A stretch of 64,000 bases of DNA. Origin: an uncultured Desulfarculus sp. GTDB taxonomy: Bacteria; Desulfobacterota; Desulfarculia; Desulfarculales; Desulfarculaceae. The notes below the pieces were generated by a model. That model had not been told where the DNA came from. It was given only the letters and a program-made list of their open reading frames with translations, and did no database searches. The position numbers and the translations under genes are program-made. The stretch covers positions 224,001-288,000 of the forward strand of contig CAXXUK010000002.1 in assembly GCA_963665125.2 (NCBI GenBank). Reading direction: 5' to 3'. Each line of letters starts with the position of its first letter. Position 1 is the stretch's first letter. Of the stretch, positions 20,131-30,011 are shown in pieces.

Positions 20131-21321
20131 TCAACCCGTTACCGCTGCCACGGCCATATCCGAAAGCCGCTGATGACGCAGGATGCTCGCACCCTCTTCC
20201 ATCAGCCCTGCCGACATGAACACATAGGTCAATTCGCGTTCCGGGTCCACCCAGAAGGCGGTTGATCCGGCTCCCATTCCACCGAAGGTCCCCGGCGAGG
20301 TGTACTGGCCCAAGAATGTCGGGAAATAGCCTTCGCCGCGCAGGAAGAACGACAGCCCCATGTTGGCCGGGAAACCGGACCAGCCATACATTTCCCGCAT
20401 GTAGTCCATCAAATGGTTGGGCAGATCACCGGTGTGGTTGGCGGTTGCAATGGCCACCGACTCCGGGGAAAGCACCCTCTTGCCGTTGAGTTCCCCCTTG
20501 TTGCGCAGCATCTCGCCAAAACGCAAAATATCCATGGCCGTGGACACCGCCCCGCCGGCCGGCAACTCGGCGGTTTCAGTCAACAGGAAGTTAACCGACT
20601 CCAGCAATGCGGGTTCGAACATGCCCGGTGTCTGATCACGGACCACAAGCGGCACGATCCTGTGTTTGAGAGCCTCGGGCAGGCCGAGGGCCGTGTCGGT
20701 CATACCCAGCGGATCGAACAAGTCTTGTTTGAGGATCTGGCGGTAGTCGCGCTTGGACTCGTCCAGGCGGGTGGTGATCGCGGCCAGGACCGAATGCGCC
20801 ACCAGGGCATTGTAGGACACTATGGTCCCAGGCATGTAGTGCAGCCGTTCATTGCACACCGCTGCTGTTACGGCTTGGATATTTGTCAGGTTTTCCGGGG
20901 GCAGACCCAAAGGCATCTCCGTATTGAGTCCGCTTGTATGGCTGAGCATCTGTACGACGCTCACCCGCTGTTTGCCCTTGATGCCAAACTCGGGAATAAT
21001 TTCGCTGACAGGCGTGGTCAGAGAATACTTGCCCGCTTCGACATCCATCAGCGTGCGCACGGCCGTGAACTGTTTTGTGATCGACATGATGAAAAACAAG
21101 TCATCGGTTGAAGCAGGACGTTTGCTTTCCAGGTTGGCCAGGCCCGCGGCCTCGTTAAATACGACCTCGCCGTGCCGCGCGATTGCCATGACCGCGCCAT
21201 CGTAACGGCCCCGCTCAACGTCCCGTAGAATCACGTCTTTCAATTTTTCCAGTTGGCCGGGACTCATGCCGAGTTCGGTGATTCTGTCCGCCTTTACAGC
21301 GGTTCCCGTAAATGTAGCCAT
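20131..21321 (-). CDS. Serine hydrolase, beta-lactamase/class C esterase family
   Basis: SxxK (SITK), LSHTSGL, SYN, PLGMTDT, FWVDPE. Confidence 0.92.
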   Translation of the reverse strand: MATFTGTAVKADRITELGMSPGQLEKLKDVILRDVERGRYDGAVMAIARHGEVVFNEAAGLANLESKRPASTDDLFFIMSITKQFTAVRTLMDVEAGKYSLTTPVSEIIPEFGIKGKQRVSVVQMLSHTSGLNTEMPLGLPPENLTNIQAVTAAVCNERLHYMPGTIVSYNALVAHSVLAAITTRLDESKRDYRQILKQDLFDPLGMTDTALGLPEALKHRIVPLVVRDQTPGMFEPALLESVNFLLTETAELPAGGAVSTAMDILRFGEMLRNKGELNGKRVLSPESVAIATANHTGDLPNHLMDYMREMYGWSGFPANMGLSFFLRGEGYFPTFLGQYTSPGTFGGMGAGSTAFWVDPERELTYVFMSAGLMEEGASILRHQRLSDMAVAAVTG

Positions 21322-21487
21322 TTCGCTCCCCTTAATATATTTCGGATTTGCTGATTCGCTTCGCCGAAGACTGATTTGACAATATCAGGGGGAATAACTA
21401 TAAATGAAATGAATATATATAATACTAAGCATTCACATCATGAATATATAATCCCACAATGACGCTACTTTCAGTTGGCGCGTTAAA

Positions 21488-22408
21488 ATGAACCTAAGAA
21501 ATATAGACTTGAACCTACTCGTGCTTTTCGAGGCACTGGTCAGGGAACAAAACATCACCCGTGCCGCCCAACAGGTCGGCCTAAGCCAATCGGCCATGAG
21601 CAACGCCTTGAACAGGCTCCGGGATGTGTTTCAAGATTCCGTACTGGTCCGAACCGGCATCCGGATGGTCCCGACTCCGAAGGCGCTTGCCCTTTTGCCG
21701 GACATCCAGGAAATCCTTACACGTGTCGGCTTGATCCTCGAATCGAAGAATGAATTTGTTCCCGCGGAATCTGAAAAAAAATATGTGATTCTGACCACGG
21801 ATTATTGCGAGTTCGTGGTCCTGCCAAAGCTGGTCGAACGCATCGAAAAGCAGGCCCCCAATGTAACGCTGGAAGTCAAGCGGATGGAAAGGGACCATCG
21901 AGTCTCGGATATTTTCGACAGGCTGGAAAAACGGGATTTGGACTTGGTTATTTTAAGCCACACGCCGGACAGGCTTGGGATCAACCATTGCCATCTGTTC
22001 AGCGATATGATGGTCAGCATGGCCAGAAAAGGGCACCCGCTGGCCCAACGCGAACCAAGCGTGGCGGATTTCCTGGGCGCGAAACATGTTGGAGTCAAAC
22101 TGATGGAAGACAAGAGTTACACCATTGAAAACACCGTACTGAGTAAAAAAGGCCAGGAAAGGGATATAGCCGTCAGCGTACCCCACTACATGGTCGCGCC
22201 TTGGCTGCTGATAAACTCTGATTTGATTGTCACGGTGCCCCAAAGGGCCGCCGCGGTTGTAACAAAAATACTACCCCTGGCCACGTTTCCTTGTCCGGTG
22301 TTCAAGGAAGAGTTCGACGTCAATATGATGTGGCATGATCGTTTTAACAACGATCCGTCCCACTGCTGGCTGAGAGAGCAGCTTATCGATCTGAAGCAAG
22401 TCTATTGA
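21488..22408 (+). CDS. LysR-family regulator (NodD/LeuO-like), divergent from the hydrolase
   Basis: DLNLLVLFEAL...ITRAA...SQSAMSNALNRLR; C-terminal DPSHCWLR; ATTCA-N5-TGAAT at 21431-21445 upstream. Confidence 0.94.
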   Translation: MNLRNIDLNLLVLFEALVREQNITRAAQQVGLSQSAMSNALNRLRDVFQDSVLVRTGIRMVPTPKALALLPDIQEILTRVGLILESKNEFVPAESEKKYVILTTDYCEFVVLPKLVERIEKQAPNVTLEVKRMERDHRVSDIFDRLEKRDLDLVILSHTPDRLGINHCHLFSDMMVSMARKGHPLAQREPSVADFLGAKHVGVKLMEDKSYTIENTVLSKKGQERDIAVSVPHYMVAPWLLINSDLIVTVPQRAAAVVTKILPLATFPCPVFKEEFDVNMMWHDRFNNDPSHCWLREQLIDLKQVY

Positions 22409-22489
22409 CGGCCTTGATATTGTTTGCTTCCACCAATACCCTGAGCGCCGTCCCCAGGCCATGGAGAGCTGCCCAGGTCTTTTCGCCCA

Positions 22490-23788
22490 TCAGCGGCGGG
22501 GATAGACGGCCCTGACGATCCGCAGTCCCGGCGCTTCCGCGGCCTTGGTCAACACCGCCCTGGCGGCTTCGACGTCGGCGGGATCCTGGATATCATGTAG
22601 GCGGTCCCGCCAGCCGAAGAGTAACTGGTCCAACAAACCGGCAGGGATTGGCTGGCCGCCGGTGGTCAGGGCCTTGCCGTTATCGAGGATTAAGACCTTG
22701 AGCCGGGCCTTGCGGGCCGAGGCCTCCACCATGCCCAAATGCCCGGCGGCGATAAAGGCGTAATCGCCGGTCACGGCCCAGGCGCTGCCCATACCGGCCA
22801 GCAGCGCGCCCAATGCCAAGGGCAGGCTGCCGCCGTAATAGGTGCAGGCGTCCACGCAGCCGAAGGGCTCAAAGGCGAACAAGGAGCCGATGCCCGTGTC
22901 GCCGGACACAAAAGCGGCGTGCGGACGAATGGCCTTGAAGGCCTCGAACAGGGGCGAATAGGTCCGCGCCTCGCCCTGCCATTTGGGCGGCAGGCTGGTG
23001 GGGATTTCCAGGGGCGTGGGCCGGGGCACGATGTCTGGATCATGCTCCTGCAACCTGGCCTGCAACACCTTGTATTGATATTCGGCCAACGGCGGGCACA
23101 AAACCTGGCGCTGGGGGTCGCGGCTCCACTTGCCCGGCACCTGGTTGACGGGCGCGCGGCTGGGCGGCGAGGGCTCATCAAGTTGATCGGTGTTGACAAA
23201 GGCGGCAACGGGCAGGCCCAGCCTCTCGGACCAGGCAAAGCAGGCCAGGACCTGGTAGTAGGCATCGCGGGGGTTAACCATGACAAAGGGAATGCCGGTT
23301 CCCTTTAAAAACGCCTCCAGATCCATGATGCTGTCGGAATGGCGGCCCTTGGGGTCATAGGTGACCACGGCCACGCATCCGGCCGACACCCCGGCGGTCA
23401 GCGAATCCACCACGCTGTTGGCGGCCTTGGCCAGGCCGTGGCCCTTGATCACCGTGGCGGCCCGGTGGCCGGTCAGGGCCGCGCCGTGGGCCAGGCTGTA
23501 GGCCACCTCCTCGTTGAAACTGTAGGGCGCGTTCCTTTTGGACAGCTCCAAATATTGGTCGAAGAGCTTGGCCACGCCCGTGGCGGGCACTGCCGTGGCC
23601 AACCGGAGAGCGGCATCGGCCAAGGCCTGGGCCACGGAACGGCCCATGGTAATCATGGCCTGGTCCGGGGCATCGGCCGCCGATGACGCCGCCGCCCTGC
23701 CCGTCAGTCCGGCCACGGCCATATGGGCTGTGCCCAGACCGGCAAGCCACAGAAACTTGCGGCGGTTGATATCAAAGCGTTGCAGCAT
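22490..23788 (-). CDS. IorA-like ThDP-binding protein with twin-arginine signal peptide
   Basis: From ATG 23788 (GAGGA RBS): MLQRFDINRRKFLWLAGLG...AAA; Pyr domain SFNEEVA...GHRAATVIKGHGL; PP domain TGDYAF...LDN...TGGQ. Confidence 0.8.
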   Translation of the reverse strand: MLQRFDINRRKFLWLAGLGTAHMAVAGLTGRAAASSAADAPDQAMITMGRSVAQALADAALRLATAVPATGVAKLFDQYLELSKRNAPYSFNEEVAYSLAHGAALTGHRAATVIKGHGLAKAANSVVDSLTAGVSAGCVAVVTYDPKGRHSDSIMDLEAFLKGTGIPFVMVNPRDAYYQVLACFAWSERLGLPVAAFVNTDQLDEPSPPSRAPVNQVPGKWSRDPQRQVLCPPLAEYQYKVLQARLQEHDPDIVPRPTPLEIPTSLPPKWQGEARTYSPLFEAFKAIRPHAAFVSGDTGIGSLFAFEPFGCVDACTYYGGSLPLALGALLAGMGSAWAVTGDYAFIAAGHLGMVEASARKARLKVLILDNGKALTTGGQPIPAGLLDQLLFGWRDRLHDIQDPADVEAARAVLTKAAEAPGLRIVRAVYPRR

Positions 23789-24044
23789 GGTTCCTCGCAT
23801 GTTCGCCCCCCGGCCAAAGTAAACAGACCGAGACTGCATGTTACAATACTATCCCACAAAGGATAGAGTTTTCATCCATGGCCGATAAGGGCGCCTTTCA
23901 AACGTCGCCCACCGCAATACGCCGGTGGCCGGGCAAAGGCTGCCGTACGCCCTATCCCGGCAACGGCCGTATCCCGCTTCCGCCTTCCTTACTGCTTAAT
24001 TTTCCAGGCAAAACAACTTTTATGGGCGGAGGGGATTTTTTTAG

Positions 24045-24081
24045 TTGCCCTAAAAAATACCGATCGGTATATTTTAGGGCA
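24045..24081 (+). promoter_or_regulatory. tetR promoter overlapped by a long palindromic operator
   Basis: 36-bp near-perfect palindrome 24046-24081 centred on ATACCGATCGGTAT; TTGCCC-N17-TATATT; related half-sites at 23820-23842 and 24707-24720. Confidence 0.7.
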
Positions 24082-24689
24082 TGAACAGCAACCAAAATAG
24101 TAAGGCCCAAAGGACCAAACGCCACATTCTGGAGACCGTGGCCCCCGTATTCAATAAACGGGGCTATTCCGGTACATCCCTCAGCGACATCACCCAGGCC
24201 ACTGGCCTGACCAAGGGTGGCATCTACTGCAATTTCAAGAACAAAGATGAACTTGCCCTGGCCTCGTTTGAATACAACTTTGACCGGATTCGCACATACA
24301 TCCAGCGTGAGGTTGCTGCTGAAAAAACCAATTTGGGAAAGCTGTTGGCCTACCCTAGAGGCTACCGGAAGGCTTTTGCCGAGATGGCCGGCATGGGCGG
24401 CTGTCCGGTGGCCAATACCGCGGTGGATGCCGATGACACCCACCACGATCTGCACCTGCTTGTGATGGAGGCCATCGACACCTGGCGCGACGCCTTAATT
24501 ATGTTGGTCGAACGGGGCAAGACCAAAGGCGAAATCCGTTCCGACGCCGACTCGGAGAAGTTGGCCGAGACGGTCATCAGCCTGGTCGAGGGGGGCAGCA
24601 TCATGGCCAAGACCACCGGTCGCGAAAGCTTTTTATTCCATGCCCTGGACCAGATCGAGGCGGTGATTCTGGCGGCCAAAACGGAGTAA
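24081..24689 (+). CDS. TetR/AcrR-family regulator
   Basis: FNKRGYSGTSLSDI...GLTKGGIYCNFKNKDEL; GGCP C-terminal domain. Confidence 0.94.
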   Translation: MNSNQNSKAQRTKRHILETVAPVFNKRGYSGTSLSDITQATGLTKGGIYCNFKNKDELALASFEYNFDRIRTYIQREVAAEKTNLGKLLAYPRGYRKAFAEMAGMGGCPVANTAVDADDTHHDLHLLVMEAIDTWRDALIMLVERGKTKGEIRSDADSEKLAETVISLVEGGSIMAKTTGRESFLFHALDQIEAVILAAKTE

Positions 24690-24843
24690 TTTTTTTAACA
24701 ACAAATAATACCGAACAGTCCCTCGTATAAACAAAGGAGCGTTGTTCTCAACGACAAAGCAATCCCAATGGAAAGCCGCGCAAGCGTGGTGACCCCCAAA
24801 CAGGCCAAAACTTAGTAACTAATTGCAATGAAGGAATTTTAAC

Positions 24844-25950
24844 ATGTCAGAAGAAATGGTTTTTCAAGCACTGGCCAAGCACCTCGACAGCCTGCCCGAG
24901 GGCTTTCCCTCCACCGAATCCGGCGTGGAGCTGCGAATCTTGAAGTACCTCTTCACTCCGGAACAAGCCGATCTGGCGGTGCACCTCCAGCCAATGCCCG
25001 CGACCGCCGAGGCAGTTGCCGAAAGGGCGAACATGGACGCCGCTCAAGTGACCGAAATGCTGGATGAAATGTCGGCAAAGGGCCTGGTTTTCAGCCTTAA
25101 GCCCCCGGAGAAAGAACCGTTGTACATGGCCGCGGCTTTTGTCATCGGCATCTGGGAATACCAGCTCAACCGGCTCACCCCCGAGTTCAACGACATGGTA
25201 AGGGAATACATGCCGCAGTTGCAGACGACAATGATGCACATGCCGCCCCAACTGCGCACCATCCCGGTGGAAAAGAGCATCGACGCCAAGGCCGAGGTAT
25301 TGGCCTATGAGCAGGCGCGGGAATTGATCAAGGGCCAGAAAAAGATCGTGGTCTCGCCGTGCATCTGCCGCAAGGAACACAAGATGATGGGAGGGGGTTG
25401 CGACAAGCCTCTGGAAACGTGTCTGAGCTTCGGCTGGGGCGCCGACTATTACGAACGCAATGGCCTGGGCCGGGCCATCGACGGGGATGAAGCCTTGGTG
25501 GTCTTACAGCTTGCCGAGGAGGCAGGCCTGGTGATCCAACCCAGCAACGCCCAGAAGATCGTGGCCATGTGCTGCTGTTGCGGTGATTGCTGCGAGTCCC
25601 TGGCGGCCCTCAAGCTTCATCCCAGACCGGCCAGCGTGGCCTCGTCGGCCTTTTTGGCCAAGGTGAACCAGGACGAGTGCGTCGGCTGCGAGACCTGCCT
25701 GGACCGCTGTCAAATGGAGGCCCTGACCGTGGTCGACGACAGCGTGGCCGTCGTGAATCCGGACCGCTGCATCGGTTGCGGCTTGTGCGTCACCACCTGC
25801 CCCACGGAAGCCATCAGCCTGGAGCGCAAGCCCGAGGACCAGATCCGCTCCGTTCCGGCCAACATGATGGAAGCCTACATGGAACGGTTGCAACTCCGGG
25901 CCCACGCCGAAGTGGCCGGCAGGGCCGATCGCCTCAAGCAGGTGCAGTAG
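24844..25950 (+). CDS. 4Fe-4S dicluster protein with N-terminal winged-helix-like region
   Basis: CICR..C..C, CCCCGDCC, CVGCETCLDRC and CIGCGLCVTTC motifs. Confidence 0.9.
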   Translation: MSEEMVFQALAKHLDSLPEGFPSTESGVELRILKYLFTPEQADLAVHLQPMPATAEAVAERANMDAAQVTEMLDEMSAKGLVFSLKPPEKEPLYMAAAFVIGIWEYQLNRLTPEFNDMVREYMPQLQTTMMHMPPQLRTIPVEKSIDAKAEVLAYEQARELIKGQKKIVVSPCICRKEHKMMGGGCDKPLETCLSFGWGADYYERNGLGRAIDGDEALVVLQLAEEAGLVIQPSNAQKIVAMCCCCGDCCESLAALKLHPRPASVASSAFLAKVNQDECVGCETCLDRCQMEALTVVDDSVAVVNPDRCIGCGLCVTTCPTEAISLERKPEDQIRSVPANMMEAYMERLQLRAHAEVAGRADRLKQVQ

Positions 25951-25989
25951 CGGGCTTTAAAACCGGAGTTGTCCAAAAGAGAGGAAAAC

Positions 25990-27075
25990 ATGAGCGTGCT
26001 ATTTGAACAAACCAACATCGCCGGGCTGAGCTTGAGCAATCGTTTTGCGCGGTCGGCCACCTGGGAGGGTATGGCCGCCGATGACGGCGCCGTCACCGAC
26101 AAACTGATCCAAACCATGGTGGACCTTGCCGAGGGCGGCGTGGGGTTGATCATCACCAGCCATGCCTATGTGCTGCCCGAAGGCCAGGCCGGTCCCTGGC
26201 AACTCGGCGTTTATAAAGACGATTTGGTCCCGGGCCTGCGGCGCATGGCCGACGCCGTGCACGCGGCCGGCGGCAAGATAGTCATGCAGATCGCCCATGC
26301 CGGGTGCTTCGCCATGTCCCGGCCGCCCATGGCCGTGTCTGATTTTACCGAGCTGGGCGACAAGCCGCGTCAGGAGATGGACACCGCCTATGTCGCCGCG
26401 CTGCCTGATGCTTTTGCCAAGGCGGCTGTAAGGGCCCGCCAGGCCGGCTTTGACGGGGTGCAGCTTCATTCGGCCCACGGTTATCTCCTGAACCAGTTCC
26501 TGTCGCCGTTTTTCAACCGCCGCACCGACAAGTACGGCGGAGACATCCAAGGCCGTTGCCGGGTGCATGTGGAGACATGCCAGGCCATCCGCGCCGCCGT
26601 TGGCGATGACTATCCCTTGTTGGCCAAGCTCAACAGCCGGGACTTCGTGCCGGGCGGCCTGGAACTGGGAGATGCCATCGAGGCGGGCCGCGCCATGGCC
26701 GCCGCCGGTCTGGACGCTGTCGAATTGAGCGGTGGCTTGATCACCGGTGGTAAGCTGTCGCCGTCGCGCTCGGGTATTAGCAGCCCGGAAAAAGAGGCGT
26801 ATTTCCGCGCCGAAGCCGAGGCCTTCCGCAAGGCCACGGACCTGCCGCTGATCCTGGTGGGAGGCATGCGCTCGCCCCAGGTGGCGGAAGAGCTGGTGAA
26901 GAGCGGCGTGGCTGACATGGTTTCCTTGAGCCGTCCCTTTATTCGCGAACCAGCGCTGGTAAACCGCTGGCAAAGCGGCGACCTGTCTCCGGCCAAATGC
27001 AAATCAGACAACCTGTGTTTCAAGCCAGGTATGCAAGGCAAGGGCATCTACTGCGTGGTGGAGCATCCGGAATAA
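25990..27075 (+). CDS. NADH:flavin oxidoreductase (Old Yellow Enzyme family)
   Basis: NRFARSATWE, QIAHAG, GFDGVQLHSAHGYLLNQFLSP, RTDKYGG. Confidence 0.94.
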   Translation: MSVLFEQTNIAGLSLSNRFARSATWEGMAADDGAVTDKLIQTMVDLAEGGVGLIITSHAYVLPEGQAGPWQLGVYKDDLVPGLRRMADAVHAAGGKIVMQIAHAGCFAMSRPPMAVSDFTELGDKPRQEMDTAYVAALPDAFAKAAVRARQAGFDGVQLHSAHGYLLNQFLSPFFNRRTDKYGGDIQGRCRVHVETCQAIRAAVGDDYPLLAKLNSRDFVPGGLELGDAIEAGRAMAAAGLDAVELSGGLITGGKLSPSRSGISSPEKEAYFRAEAEAFRKATDLPLILVGGMRSPQVAEELVKSGVADMVSLSRPFIREPALVNRWQSGDLSPAKCKSDNLCFKPGMQGKGIYCVVEHPE

Positions 27076-27282
27076 GGTTCGTTTTTGTGTCGAAGGCTGC
27101 CTTTTTCCAAATGGCAAAAGCTTGGAAAGAGGCGGCCTCAAGGCCTGTCGGGGCTTCAACGAGAGGTAAACCTCGGTGTGGAACATAGGCCGCCGCTATT
27201 AACCGTGGTGATTTGATGGCCAGGGACGAGGCTAAATGAAATCGTATAACCATGTACGCCTTATAACTGCCAGGATCATTGA

Positions 27283-27897
27283 GTGAATAATATCTCCGGA
27301 GACGGCTACCAGAGGATTTACTCGGACCTGCTTCTTGAGTTGCGGCAGGCGGACGTCTCCGCCTCCGCCGAAGCGCTGGGACTGGCGCGCAATACTGCCG
27401 GCGAAGTGGAAATTCCATTCCTGGGGCCGAACTACCTGCTGTCCAATGAGGGGATAAAGCGGGCCGACGGCCACAGCTTCCCCAATGTCACGGGCAGCGG
27501 CTTGATTCGCTATTTGTTGGCCGGAAGCAGCAGCCGTCCGTCCGGCGAGTTCGTAACCTTCGCCGCGTTGGCCGGGCCCTTGTTTGGCCAAGGAGGTTAT
27601 TCAGGCAGCGCCTTGGAACTGCCAATCAACAGACGCTTCCAAGGGCGAAGTTCAGATTTGCTGCGAGTGGCGGAATCTCTGGGCGGGAGTCTGGCAGGCG
27701 AGGGCGGGCTAGGTTCGATCAGCCTGGTTTTCGAACTGCTGCCCCATATCCGAATCCAGCTCATTTTTTACGACAGTGACGAGGAGTTCCCGGCCCGGGC
27801 GGCTTTACTGTTTGACAAAAATGCCACCAAAATCCTGGATTTCGAGACGCTGGCCGTATTGGTCACGGTGTTTGTCCGTGAACTGACCAGCCTTTGA
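27283..27897 (+). CDS. DUF3786-like protein
   Basis: LIRYL, LPHIRIQLIFYDSDEEFPA..LLFD pattern; start uncertain. Confidence 0.75.
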   Translation: MNNISGDGYQRIYSDLLLELRQADVSASAEALGLARNTAGEVEIPFLGPNYLLSNEGIKRADGHSFPNVTGSGLIRYLLAGSSSRPSGEFVTFAALAGPLFGQGGYSGSALELPINRRFQGRSSDLLRVAESLGGSLAGEGGLGSISLVFELLPHIRIQLIFYDSDEEFPARAALLFDKNATKILDFETLAVLVTVFVRELTSL

Positions 27898-28075
27898 AGT
27901 CGTCAACACAGGCTCAAGCATTGCAATAGGCAGGATGTTTGCGATCGGACACCACGAATATAGCTTCAGAAAGAATGACAAAGTGAATCGCATTGAGTCG
28001 AATTTAGAGGTGGACCCCATAAATCGGACAATAGTGTAAGGTGGTATGGATGAGTCCGATGGAGGGACACCAGCT

Positions 28076-28363
28076 ATGAGCAAGACCAAACGCAGGCGCT
28101 TTTCGGCCGAATTCAAGGCCACGGTAGCGCTGGAGGCATTGAAGGGCGAGCAGACTCTTTCCGAGCTGGCAGCACGGTTTGACATCCACCCCAATATGAT
28201 TGCGCAGTGGAAGCGCCAGGCCACCGAAGGCCTGACAGAAGTTTTCTCCAGCAAGGGTGCGAAGCAGCAAGAGGCCGGAGAATCCCAGATCAAAGAGCTT
28301 CATGCAAAGATTGGGCAGTTGACCATTGAACGGGATTTTTTGGCCAAGGCCTCCGGTCGCTGA
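28076..28363 (+). CDS. IS3 transposase OrfA
   Basis: RRRFSAEFKATVALEAL HTH; KIGQLTIERDFL. Confidence 0.92.
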   Translation: MSKTKRRRFSAEFKATVALEALKGEQTLSELAARFDIHPNMIAQWKRQATEGLTEVFSSKGAKQQEAGESQIKELHAKIGQLTIERDFLAKASGR

Positions 28364-28383
28364 GCTTTGATCGGAGGAAAGCG

Positions 28384-29226
28384 ATGGTGAAGGCAAGCAG
28401 GCCCAAGGGATTGAGCATTGTCCGCCAATGTGAGCTCCTGGGAATCAGCCGCTCATCGTTTTATTACGAAGCCACGGGCGAAAACCCGCTGAATATTGAG
28501 CTGATGCGCAAGATGGATGAGCAGTTTCTGGAAACGCCCTGGTACGGCTCTCGTCAGATGGTCCGCTGGCTCCGGCGTGAGGGGCATCGCGTGGGCAGGA
28601 AGCGGGTGGTGCGGCTGATGCGCAAGATGGGGCTTAGCCCCGTCTACCAGAAGCCCGGGACATCCAAGCCCCAGCCGGGGCACAAGGTTTACCCCTATTT
28701 ACTGCGCGGGGTGGAGATAAGCGAACCCGGCCACATCTGGTGCGCCGATATCACTTATATCCCGATGAGGCGTGGTTTTCTCTACCTGGTGGCGATCATG
28801 GACTGGGCCAGCCGCAAGGTGCTGAGCTGGCGACTGTCCAACACCTTGGATGCTGATTTTTGCGTGGCCGCCTTGAGTGATGCCCTGCGAAGGTTTCCCA
28901 ACCCCCTGATTTTCAATACCGATCAGGGGAGCCAATTCACAAGCTTTGGTTTTACCCAGGTGCTCAAGGATGCTGAGATCAAAATTTCCATGGATGGCAA
29001 AGGCCGCTGGATGGACAATGTCATGATCGAACGCCTGTGGCGCTCTCTCAAATATGAATGTGTCTATCTGCATGCCTTTGAGACGGGAAGCGAGGCCAGG
29101 AAGGGAATCGGCTCCTGGATCGATTACTATAACCAACGGCGACCCCACTCCAGCCTGGATGGCAAAACGCCGGACGAGGCATACTGGGGCCGACCCACGA
29201 CGGGATTGACCGAAGCGGCGGCATGA
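28384..29226 (+). CDS. IS3 transposase OrfB (DDE integrase core)
   Basis: WCADITY, NTDQGSQF, DNVMIERLWRSLKYE. Confidence 0.93.
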   Translation: MVKASRPKGLSIVRQCELLGISRSSFYYEATGENPLNIELMRKMDEQFLETPWYGSRQMVRWLRREGHRVGRKRVVRLMRKMGLSPVYQKPGTSKPQPGHKVYPYLLRGVEISEPGHIWCADITYIPMRRGFLYLVAIMDWASRKVLSWRLSNTLDADFCVAALSDALRRFPNPLIFNTDQGSQFTSFGFTQVLKDAEIKISMDGKGRWMDNVMIERLWRSLKYECVYLHAFETGSEARKGIGSWIDYYNQRRPHSSLDGKTPDEAYWGRPTTGLTEAAA

Positions 29227-29290
29227 CAACAACAAATACCATCCACCTTAACTACGCCGCCAAACTGTCTAACGATTGGGGGCCACCTCT

Positions 29291-29960
29291 CTTTTGCGCC
29301 GTGAGGGCTGGCCAGTGAATCATAAACGGGTCTACCGTATCTATTGCGAGGAAGGTCTGAATCTCAGAAGCAAGCGGCCGAAACGCCGCCGGTCTGCGGC
29401 TCATCGTTCAAAGCAGCCGCAAGCTACAAGAATCGACCATATTTGGTCCATGGATTTTGTGGCGGACAATCTGTTTAACGGGCGCCGGATTCGTGCCTTA
29501 ACTGTAGTGGATAATTTTAGCCGGCAAAGCCCGGCAATCCATGTGGATCATTCCATAAAGGCCGAGCAGGTGGTGTCCACCATGGAAGCCTTGCGGCTGT
29601 TTGCCGGGCGCATGCCCGAACGCATTCAGGTGGACAACGGGTCAGAATTCATCTCCAAGGCTTTGGACAAGTGGGCCTATGAAAACGGTGTCACCTTGGA
29701 TTTCTCCAGGCCGGGAAAGCCCACGGATAACGCATTCATAGAGTCCTTCAACGGAAGCTTCCGGGATGAATGTCTTAACGTGCATTGGTTTTTATCGCTT
29801 GACGATGCCCGTAAGAAGATCGAACAATGGCGCTTGGATTATAATCATTTCAGGCCTCATTCCTCCCTGGGGAACAAGCCCCCGGATCAGTTTATGGAGG
29901 AGGCCTCAGAAAGCCGGATTTCTCTACATTTGCCCGGTGCCGTTTTCCGGGGGGAGGTCA
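29291..29960 (+). mobile_element. 5'-truncated second IS3-family element (IS407/IS2-like OrfB remnant with right IR)
   Basis: LRREGWPVNHKRVYR, WSMDF, VDNGSEF, DNAFIESFNG; ends ...CCGGGGGGAGGTCA at 29960; 5' half absent. Confidence 0.85.
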
Positions 29961-30011
29961 ATACTGCCAGATACCACATACCTCATATGATCCGATTTGC
30001 GGTCCTGTCCT

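Larger units (their letters stand above)
28006..29290 (+). mobile_element. IS3-family insertion sequence (element A)
   Basis: Imperfect terminal IRs AGAGGTGGACCCCATAAATCGGACA / TGTCTAACGATTGGGGGCCACCTCT; orfA/orfB in -1 phase with T-TTT-TTG slippery site; no target duplication seen. Confidence 0.9.

Noticed and set aside
27076..27282. Cobalamin riboswitch before the DUF3786-like gene
   Set aside because: Only a terminator-like hairpin (about 27095-27138) is evident; no B12-box consensus recognised
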